Shown here piece by piece: positions 1-10,361 of a DNA stretch of 44,724 bases (its first letter is position 1; the number at the start of each line of letters is the position of its first letter). The translations under genes and the position numbers were made by a program. The DNA is taken from the NCBI RefSeq assembly GCF_001194135.2, contig NC_068982.1, positions 19,304,736 to 19,349,459 on the forward strand. The letters run 5' to 3'. The DNA is from Octopus bimaculoides. Its lineage: Eukaryota. Under the pieces are notes generated by a model. That model was not told the DNA's origin. It did no database searches and saw only the letters and a program-made list of their open reading frames with translations.

Positions 1-541
1 CTCTCTCTCTCTCTCTCTCTCTCTTTCCGTCTCTCTCTTTCTCTCTCTGTGAAAGTATCTGTCACTACAGTATCGAAATGTGATTGTTTCAGTTAGTGGA
101 ATAGTTTCATTTTTAAAGTGAAAGTATTTGACATGAGTGTTTTTGTTTCACTTTCGACACGTAATACTTAAATAGTGGAGGAGATATTATGTTGCCGTTT
201 GCTCGAACTCTGCAAGAAGTTAATAATTTTTTTTGACTAAAACAAAACTGGAACCCTAAGTAAGGCATGTGTAAAATTTGAATGAAATTGGTTGCGTAGT
301 TCTCGAGTTTTAGGGATTCACACAGACATACAGACAGACAGACAGACAGACACACACACACACATTCTCATTTTTATATATATAGATTATACATAGATAA
401 AATAAAACAATTTGAACTTGAACTTAAGGATTACTCAACAGCTTTCAGTAAAGTACATATATATTTTACAGCTTCACATGGCAATCAAGACCAAACTTCG
501 AATTCTCTCTCAACCTTTTCCTCGTAAATGTCAACATATAT

Positions 542-581
<40 letters not shown>

Positions 582-832
582 TTTTTGCGCTGCTTTAGTA
601 ATAACAGCAAGATATAATCAACAAATAGATGACAACGGAATTGTTTCTGTAAAAAAGAAGAGACAAAACAACTAGACGTGCATGGGTCTAATTTTGATGA
701 TTCCCAACAGAAACAAGATAAAAGGATCAGGCTTTGCAGAAGTAATATTCACTCTGTTGTTTGCCTTTATTGTGATGTAACATTTACAAGAAACAGATGC
801 ACACATACATAAACACGCACACATACACCCCG

Positions 833-869
<37 letters not shown>

Positions 870-2185
870 CGCCCGTCTGTCTTTCTGTTTCCATGATAAC
901 TTCTGTTGTAATCCTTGTGAGTATGACGTAGGCAATCTTCAGCTGCCCCCAACTGTCCTCTGTTGACCGTTTCGCTTGGAAAGTTAATCTCACTGATCAA
1001 ACTCACATCCAGTGTATTTTACACAGCAGGGGTGTTTGACTGGCAGATATGTAGCTTTCTCGGCATAAATCAGTCATTATATGTATGATATTGTGATGAC
1101 CGAATTTTAGTTACGCTAAAATAGAATACCTCTAAGTTAACTATGTTACGTGTTACAGTTTATGACCTGTCATCGTGCTTTTGTAACTGGTATTGCATTT
1201 TATTATTTAAATAAAGTTATGTAGTATATGTTTACTCGTTGACTCTTTCTGTTTATAGTATTGTCTGACAAAGTGGCAGCTATATTTTAAGCTTCATTTT
1301 TAACAATGAAATATCTGCTATGAATATTTGTTGATTACCTTTTCCGCTTTTAGACTGCTTTGGTTAAATTTAAAACACCAATGAGAGATCGTCAAATAGA
1401 TCAGTGTCAAAATCAGTAAAGTTGACACAAACGTAGATTGAATGATTCATTACTATTAAAAACAACTAAATTATATGCTACATTTATATATTTCAATCAA
1501 TGGAGAAAGGAAATGAGAGAGAAACAAGTAAGGTGAGGCTATTATTATAAATGAGAAGTTGTCAAACTGAATTCGGGCTGGATTACTCGAGTGCACACGC
1601 ATGTCAATAGATATTTGTTTTTACGTTCGGCTGCGGTTTGAAAATCATCTATAGGGTAACCTTCTCACGTAGTTATAATTTCATGTTGTTAAATACAACT
1701 GAAGATGATAATAAATGAATTTATACAATAAGCGCATTGTAGAACCGTGCAGTATTGTTACAGCGTTGAAATTAACTATATCATGAAAAACTAAGCTTCT
1801 TTTTTTAAAACTTAAATACAGGATGCGTAAAAATGAAAATAAATAAAAACATTGTCATCAAATATCCGTACTGATATATGCTCAAAAGTCATCCCAAGAA
1901 GAAGATTACGTCTCTGGGGATAGTATACATATACACACATATAGTTGGGATTACCTTTTACTGATGTCTATTAGGTGTATCTGTGTCGTCAAACTCATAT
2001 CTGAATTGATTTATATACATGTATTTCGAAGCGCCTACTATATAAATCTGTACTAATATATGAATGGTTGTATGTATATCAGCATGCCTATGCGAAGATG
2101 TGTGCCTATAATGTGGGTGCGTGAATATGTTTATATCTCTGTATTTTTCCATCTCCATTCATGTATGTACGAATTTACATACGTA

Positions 2186-2754
2186 CGAGGGTGAGTCAAA
2201 AAGTTACGCCATTTTATTTAGGACAGGTATAATTACCAACGCAGGAACATGTATCATGCATCAAAATGAAGCTGGTCCTCTGTGGATTACATCCCTACTT
2301 CTCAACATAGTCACCGTTTCTCTCAACAGCAATGTTCCAACTTCGAAGGAGAGCATGCATTCCTGCCCCGTAAAATTCTGTTGACTGTTCTTTGAGTCAC
2401 TTCTTCACTAGTTTTCACTTCCTCGTCACTGGAATAATTTAGCGCCTTCAGACTGTCATCTCTTCGGCCAATTGAAAGAGGGTTTGAGAGGCAAACATTA
2501 TTCCAGTGACGAAGAAGTGAAAACTGTATTGAAGAATTGGCTCAAAGAACGGTCAACCGAATATTACGGAACGGGGATACATGATGCTCTCATTCGAAGG
2601 TGGAAAATTGGTATTGAGAGAAACGGTGACTATGTTGAGAAGTAGGGATGTGATCCACAGAGGACCAACTTTATTTTGATGTATGCTTCATGTTCCTATG
2701 TTGGTAATTATAACTGTCCCAAACAAAACGGCATTACTTTTTGACTCACCCTCG
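2186..2754. mobile_element. Non-autonomous mariner (Tc1/mariner, DD34D type) fold-back element flanked by TA
   Basis: TA|CGAGGGTGAGTCAAAAAGT at 2184 and its exact 19-nt reverse complement ending 2754|TA. The arms (2186-2438 and 2497-2754) are imperfect inverted repeats over ~250 bp and contain transposase C-terminal coding sequence. Confidence 0.93.
2439..2645 (+). pseudogene. Mariner transposase C-terminal fragment
   Basis: Manual translation: LAPSDCHLFGQLKEGLRGKHYSSDEEVKTVLKNWLKERSTEYYGTGIHDALIRRWKIGIERNGDYVEK*. This matches the mariner (YSPD)LAPSD.HLF motif around the third catalytic Asp and the typical G.YVE C-terminus. Confidence 0.92.
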
Positions 2755-4958
2755 TATTTTTAGTTATTTGAATGCTCATATGTATACGCATGTGTGAATA
2801 TAAAGACTCACGTGAGTACATACTTCGGTGTCTGATTTTATGTCTGCATATACATACGTGTGTGCGTATATTCTAGTTCGTGAAAAATTTGATTTATATA
2901 CGCATTTCTTTTTTAAGCGCGGTTTCCACCATCAAACTGTATTATGTATCGTTCTGCATATACCCAACTCTTTGCATTTAGTTGTTTTCCACGATAAGCA
3001 TACAAACTATTTTAATGACACCCAAAAAGCTATAAGATGTCTCACGAATACTCTGCTTTGATTATAGAGCTATTCATAGCAGAAACAGTTGTAAGCCAAG
3101 GAAAGTGGTTAGGTATTTCCTGTTCTTTTGTTGTTCATTAATTGACATTACATTCTTTTAATAAGATAATAAAATAATAATAGGAGAAGACGTAAGATGT
3201 AAAAAAAAAAGCTGTCCATAGCATCTCTGGTAACAAATGGCTAATTTGGATAGATTAACATCTGACAACTGTACTACAGTCAGTGGCGTTCAAACAAGAC
3301 GTATATAAATACATTCTTTAAATATAATCTGTGTTAGCGGATGTTATGTAAGAATCAATTGCGGCTTTCAACCAACAGCTTCCATTTGGCTCCTATCTTC
3401 CAATAGGTTACTAGGTCAAATTCGTCTAGTTGCAGTACTATTATATCATGCTATTTAACATTAAAGACTAACAGATTGAACTTTTGTTCGAAAGCTTAAG
3501 CTAAAACCACATTCACTGACTTGATAATTTAAAAGTTTAATTGAACGTAAAACTGACTTTTGATAGCAGTCATAATCAATCTTATTGTTTTCGAAATGTA
3601 TATGGTTGTAAAAATAAAAAAATTAAAAAAACAAGAAAGAGGTTAATTAGTAAATAACTTATGATATAAGTGACGGAGTAACATTTTCAAAATTAGCTAG
3701 TGATTAAATAAGTTTCAAAAATATACAATTACATGAATTTATTAAATTTTTAATGGGTAAGTGAAACTATTACAAAAACATTAGTGTTGAAAATGTTAAT
3801 CTTATAATAGCCACCCGCTCCAGGGAAAAGAGAGCAAATGTATTCTGTTGGTAAAATGCTAACAGCTTATTCTCTAATAGCAGCCTAAAATTATGATCCA
3901 GTTCCTGTTTCGTTTACACTGATTTAAATTCTTGCTATCATTAGAAGCATATTACTTCGTATGTAGCTAGCAGTATATTTCATGGTACCGTATTGTATGC
4001 AAGATAAGAAAGAAGAAACAAAATACATATCTCCAACTTTCAGTATGATACAACATAAGAATCTGGCTGAAATTTTCAGATAGCTTAGTTTCTTGCTGTC
4101 TTCTCTAAGTCGATTTATAAAACGATTTCAAACTGCATTGTTTAAATTGTTCTGGGGATAAGTAAAAAATGCATTTTTTCTAGTAGCAGATAAAGCTAAC
4201 CCATCTAAGTTCTTGATATAGTTGCATGAGTTTATCAGAAAACGTTACAACTTTTTTTTCTTCTCGTCATTTGGTTAGATAGTAGGCGAAGTGGATTCCG
4301 ACAGTGTTTTGACCTTGAACAGGGAGCTCTGAAATAAGATATTACAAAGTATGTAGGCAGGATATTTTACTTCTGCTACAAAATTTACCACTTTCATTTA
4401 AAATACTATATCTCATTTCCAAGCCGTTTTCGAAGCAAACTATAGACAGTAGCGTAGTCTACTTACTAACCCTATAAATTGTTATATAAACGCAATTACC
4501 AAAATCTGTGTCATAGACTGTTATTTGCCCGTATTATCATTATCACTTGTTGCTTCGTCTGTTTCCCTTGCGTTTACCAATTTAAAGTTGGCAATAATTA
4601 TTTTTTCGTTAAATAATTACGAGTTATTTGTTCTTTAAAATATTAACATTACAAAAACAGAAAAGAAAATGCGGTGAGGGCTGTTGTTTGAAAATACAAC
4701 CAGATGTTGGTTGTTCGCTAAGTACATTTAACGTTTGAATTGACATAATAAATGTAACAAGCATTATGAACTACACATGCGTATACGCACACATTTATAA
4801 ACGCGTATACAAAGACATTTAATTGTATGTCGATGTGTACGCCTATATGTGCTTGAGCTTAATTTATATCTGCTGATTTCTATCAATTAAATTTATATGT
4901 GTATGTGTGACTTTTAGGACGTTGTCTCATTAATCTTTTCTTTCTTTCTTACTTTTCT

Positions 4959-5008
<50 letters not shown>

Positions 5009-5340
5009 ATGCACATGTACTAATACATTTCCTTTTATATCTACACGTGTTTATGTTTTGGCTTGACAGCGACAGAAAAGAAAACAATATGTAAAATAGA
5101 CTTGAAGACACAACAACACAGTACAGTATTACATTATTCTGATCTAATAAACGTGGTATCTGAAAGAAGGAACAGGACGTTGCAAATTTTGAATCTTATA
5201 ATTTGTATTTGCTTCCGTTCATGTGCGCACGCGCATGTTTGTCTGCGTGTCTGTGCGCGTACGCACGCGCGGATCTGTGTATGAATGTATGTTATGTGAT
5301 TCTGGAAGTGACTTCTTAAATGTCCTATCGGAAAGGATGA

Positions 5341-5410
5341 ATTTCAGTGACTAACAATTTATGAATACCATTTAAATTTCAGTGACTAACAATTTATGAA
5401 TACCATTTAA
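5341..5410. repeat. Perfect 2 x 35 bp tandem duplication
   Basis: ATTTCAGTGACTAACAATTTATGAATACCATTTAA occurs twice, at 5341-5375 and 5376-5410. Confidence 0.95.
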
Positions 5411-5594
5411 AAAATGAGAATATGAAACGGCTAACCTAAATATCGTACACGGTTAAGTCATCCAATCTACCGCTTTTGATAAGATAAGTTCCATATCATT
5501 GCCAGCATCCCATATAATCCGTTGAGCTCTTATTCAATATACAAAATACTTCCCTCCACTCTACTGGATTATTAAGTTTTCACCCTAATATATA

Positions 5595-5628
<34 letters not shown>

Positions 5629-6168
5629 TCTTTTACTCTTTTACTTGTTTCAGTCATTTGACTGCGGCCATGCTGGAGCACCGCCTTTAGTCGAACAAAT
5701 CGACGCCATGACTTATTCTTTGTAAGCATAGTACTTATTCTATCGGTCTCTTTTGCCGAACCGCTAAGTTACGGGGACGTAAACACACCAGCATCGCTTG
5801 TCAAACGATGGTGGGGGGACAAACACATACACACAAACACACATACATACATATATNNNNNNNNNNNNNNNNNNNNNNNNNNNNNNNNNNNNNNNNNNNN
5901 NNNNNNNNNNNNNNNNNNNNNNNNNNNNNNNNNNNNNNNNNNNNNNNNNNNNNNNNNNNNNNNNNNNNNNNNNNNNNNNNNNNNNNNNNNNNNNNNNNNN
6001 NNNNNNNNNNNNNNNNNNNNNNNNNNNNNNNNNNNNNNNNNNNNNNNNNNNNNNNNNNNNNNNNNNNNNNNNNNNNNNNNNNNNNNNNNNNNNNNNNNNN
6101 NNNNNNNNNNNNNNNNNNNNNNNNNNNNNNNNNNNNNNNNNNNNNNNNNNNNNNNNNNNNNNNNNNNN

Positions 6169-6203
6169 TTCTGTTGAAGAGCGTAGCTCGAAACGTCAAA
6201 GAC
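6169..6203 (+). ncRNA. Minimal type I hammerhead ribozyme-like motif (one core substitution)
   Basis: TT-CTGTTGA-A-GAGC(GTA)GCTC-GAAAC-GTC-AAAGAC. The core is CUGANGA with A6>U plus an extra A. Stem II is 4 bp, followed by GAAA, a palindromic AC/GU stem III and a GUC cleavage triplet. The visible TT is compatible with stem I pairing to AAAG. Confidence 0.6.
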
Positions 6204-6292
6204 TTTCCGTATTCCCGAGCGTCATACTAATATATACTTTTGTTATTTACACCACCTGTCCTCGTCGGTTGTTATTATTTGTATATTCTCCC
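6169..6292 (+). mobile_element. Penelope-like element terminal repeat (pLTR) remnant
   Basis: Begins with a minimal hammerhead-type motif (...GAAACGTC) typical of Penelope pLTRs, followed by ~90 bp of T-rich sequence ending at (TA)n. It is not part of the SINE consensus seen at 9936-10361. The 5' part is lost in the N-gap. Confidence 0.55.
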
Positions 6293-7244
6293 ATATATAT
6301 ACATACATATATACGACGGGCTTCTTTCAGTTTCCGTCTACCAAATTCACTCACAAGGCTTTGGTCGGCCCGAGGCTATAGTAGAAAACACTTGCCCAAG
6401 GTTCCATGCAGTGGGAATGAACCCGGGACCATGTGGTTAGTAAGCAAGCTACTTACCACACAGCCATTCCTGCGCCTATGTATGAGTTTGTTAAATGTCA
6501 TCTGAAATATATGTACATCAGTAATATTTTTGCTTTCAGCTGGTTAAACATCTTTTTAAAATAAATTTTGCTTTATATTTGATGATATTTTATCAAACCT
6601 ACTTTCAGAGATGGAATATATTTTTTATTCAGCTTCAGTTTAATTATGTAAAATATTTCTGTAAAATATATAAAATCCAGAGAACAACGTTAAACTGAAC
6701 ACTCTATAGAGGAACCACAGCATCGTATAATTAATCTCCGAGGAATTGATTGCAAATTATCTTTAAGGTCATTGTTGTTATATATCACCGCTCTACGTAA
6801 TTTCGAGTTCAAGTTTGATAAATAATGAAATAAAAACAAACACTTATTTGCCATTGTTCTTATCAACAAATGAAATTTCAAATCTACATTATAACAAATA
6901 AAGATAAAAACAACATTTGTTTATTTTAAAATAGTGTCATTTTCCAAAGCGTTTGCGTTACTTCTCATTGATTACATACAGTTTAGTCAGCTTCCTATGT
7001 AAATGTATTATCTTTGAGCATATAGCTGTTTATATGGTAGATGTCCGTGCGTTTGAGTATACGGCACATTAATTGACGCATCCATTAGGAATCCTCACTA
7101 TAACTGCAACTAAGAACGCAATATGTAAATGCGGTTGTATCTCAGACTCACACTTTTAAAATTATCTGCTCAAGCGGATGCGTGGAACAACAGTAACGTT
7201 CTAGTGCTCCCCATATTGGGTTAATCTCCAACGAACATGACAGA

Positions 7245-7477
7245 CAGGGCTTGACTAAAAGTCACCTGACAGTAAATCCAAACTATTTAATGCCAAGATT
7301 TATTTATGTTTAACAAGTGAATAAATTTAATAAAAACATAAATATAAAACCTCATGAAGATTGTTCAACTTGCAGTCCTTCTTGAGCGACAGCATTTTTC
7401 GAAATGGATAAATATAATTGAAAATTAAGTATTTATGGAATTTTGACTTACTGTTGGGCGACTTTTGGCCAACCCTG
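7245..7477. mobile_element. Tc1/mariner-type MITE
   Basis: Imperfect ~40 bp TIRs: CAGGGCTTGACTAAAAGTCACCTGACAGTAAATCC on the left versus reverse complement CAGGGTTGGCCAAAAGTCGCCCAACAGTAAGTC on the right. TA follows the right end. No coding capacity. Confidence 0.75.
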
Positions 7478-8761
7478 TATATATAGTACAGTGCAATTTC
7501 AGAAATGTCATTATTGTGTAACAGCTAAAACGAAAACATGTGTTACTGAAATGTCTTCAGAATAATGTTGTGATGCAGTTTCTACTGCCACGAAGACTAG
7601 CATCTTATGGTTATTAAATTCATACTACATGTCGCGATGCTTTCTTGTGCCTGATTTATGATTCATTTTATCATGTAGTACCCATAATATAACTTATTTA
7701 GTTAAATCGCTTTTCCCATCCTGAGAGACAGGAAGAATCCTTTCTTGTGTATGTTTATTGTGTGTTGTAAGGAGTTAGGTGTTGCATGCGATGTTTTCTT
7801 GTTGTCATCTATCCACTTTCGTATGTATGAATGAAGAAAATTACCTTATCGAAAACAGCTGTCATTGAACTTTTCCTGAAAACATATGACTGCTGAGTTC
7901 TCAGGTTGATGTGGCAGCAGTTTGATAAGCATCATTCCATCCCATTTGGCCATATTTTACCGCATGTAGAATAATAAAAGTGCTTCTGCGCTAACAACGT
8001 GTTCCACAGATGCCAGACTGTATACTGGAGAGATAAACAACAAACTGATATTCGTGGAAGGTTACTAACTATTATGAGATGATGTAATTTCATGACCTGC
8101 AGAGGGAGCCTAATCTGTGTGGTACAGATGATAGCCCAATAGTTTAACTCAAGGTTAAATTAATTGTGGAATATGGATTTATCATAAAAATCAGTGATCA
8201 TTTCCATATATGGAATACGGTGGTCACGTTGTTGGAAATACACGATGAAAACACAACAAAAACTGTAAATTTAATATTTCGTATAGAGTAATTATGCAAG
8301 GCTTACCGTGTTTTGCATATGGCAACATTATTTTACCAATTGTCTTTCAAAGGTATATATTTAAGTTATTTTATTTCTAAATAGCTGTTTTCATTGCAAA
8401 TACAACTATGTTCTTACATATTTATTAAGTGAATGTTTCATTGCTACTTTAGTAGTCAGGAAAAAAAAAAGAATGGTGACTATATATGTATGTATATATA
8501 TATATATATATATATATAATAATCAGAGATTAGATTTAAAATTGAAACTTGAACTGCGTTTTGGGTATGCCCCTAGTAGTATGACGGCAAAGCACATTCA
8601 CTGCTTATGATTACATGCCATCATCCACGCTAATTGCACTATGGTCTCTAGATCTACGTTAGAAATTCCTCAGTGCAATTAGAAGGGTGAAGGGTGTGTC
8701 GAAACGATCGTTCTAATGAATAATGCTTTCCGCATACTCTATCCTACGTATCAATTGTTTC

Positions 8762-8800
<39 letters not shown>

Positions 8801-9935
8801 CAGTACTCTCAAAACAGAAATTTTACGAAGATAAAATTCATGTGTATTTGTGTGTGTGTGTGTGTAATAAATATACTCGAAGCAATCTCACAAATATTTT
8901 CAGCCTAGTGTAATAGACGACTTAATTGTTTATTATTTGCGGTTTGTTTTCTTTTGCAACATCTCTATGAAAGTTTATATAGTATGTGCGAAATATGTTA
9001 AGAAAAGTATTTTTATCGGCGGAATTACTAATAATAATCACATGTTTTAGTTCTCTGGGCTATATTCCAAGCTACATAAGTGAATATTTACGTCTAACAT
9101 CCCCAGAAGAATATCATGTAAAACTATATTTAGTGACTATTCTATCGTTTGTTTTTTTTTATATATAGAATCTATATTTAAAGTAGTAACCTCAAACCGT
9201 GCGTGAGGTCGTTGGTAGGCAGAGTAATTCCTCCCGGTATAACCGCACAATCGTTTTGGATGCAGAGTGTAGATACAACAATGTTTGCAGAGGTGTTCTA
9301 GAAATATATCATACATAATGCGATTTCAGAGACTAAAGATGAAAAAATGCATCAAATTACTAAGCAAACGCAAAATGATTTCCAGCTAACATACCTGAAA
9401 CTAATCATCTCCATATTAGTTTCACACAGCAATTTGCTTTCTATAACCCGCAAAATTTCGCAAATTTCATAATGTTATGTATGAACATATAATTTTCGAA
9501 TTATCATAGTCACTGATACGATTATTCCAGGAAATAGATTTACGTATTACCGATTAAGTTGTCGTTAACATAAATCTAATCGACCGTTAAAATTTAAATT
9601 TTGGAACATTTTATTAAATGTTTGGAAATATTTGTTTGAAACAGGGGGCATTTAATGAAATAATTATATGTAAAATTATATCTTTAGAAAATGTATAACC
9701 AGATATTCTACTTCGCTAACATTATGTATCGGCTGATATAGATGCTTACAGAATTTTTAGCAAAAATCATTTACACGGATTGAATTAGGAATATTTTTCT
9801 TCGGAAAGCAACCAAACGTAATTCCATAGTGAGTAGGTAGATAAAGAATATTCATTATATAAGTATCAACATTCACTTGCGCACACTAAGGCATAGACGT
9901 ACATACTACAGGATAAAGAACCCCAATGATACCTA

Positions 9936-10147
9936 TACTCTTTTACTTGTTTCAGTCATTTGACTGCGGCCGTGCAAGAGCACCGCCTTTAGTCGAGCGA
10001 ATCGACCCAGGACTTATTCTTTGTAAGCCTAGTACTTATTCTATCGATCTGTTTTGCCGAACCGCTAGATTACGGGGACGTAAACGCACCACCATCGTTT
10101 TTCAAGCGATGCTGGGGGACAAACACAGACACACAAACATATACGCT

Positions 10148-10191
<44 letters not shown>

Positions 10192-10361
10192 TACACGAAG
10201 GGGTTCTTTCAGTTTCCCTCTACCAAATCCACTGACAAGGCTTTGGCCGGCCCGAGGCTATAGTAGAAAACACTCGCCCAAGGTGCCACGCAGTGGGACT
10301 GAAGCCAAAACCATGTAGTTGGTAAGCAAGCTACTTACCACATAGCCACTCCTGCGGCTAT
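9936..10361 (-). mobile_element. tRNA-derived SINE, family A, near full length with internal (TA)/(CA) microsatellite
   Basis: Same tail (ACTCTTTTACTTGTTTCAGTCATTTGACTGCGGCC), body and tRNA-like head as 5626-6479, with the halves joined by a microsatellite at ~10120-10195. Confidence 0.92.

Larger units (their letters stand above)
5626..6479 (-). mobile_element. tRNA-derived SINE, family A (octopus-type), interrupted by an N-gap and a nested insert
   Basis: Tail half at 5626-5856 (plus strand ...TTTCAGTCATTTGACTGCGGCCATGCTGGAGCACCGCC...). Head half at 6313-6479, whose minus strand begins with a tRNA-like A box/B box and CCTTGGGCAAGTG. It is colinear with the intact copy at 9936-10361. The halves could be two copies because of the gap. 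Confidence 0.85.

Noticed and set aside
8631-8652. AATTGCAC (miR-92-type seed) at the start of a hairpin arm
   Set aside because: It lies on the 5' arm in both orientations whereas miR-92 is a 3' arm product, and the rest of the sequence does not match miR-92.
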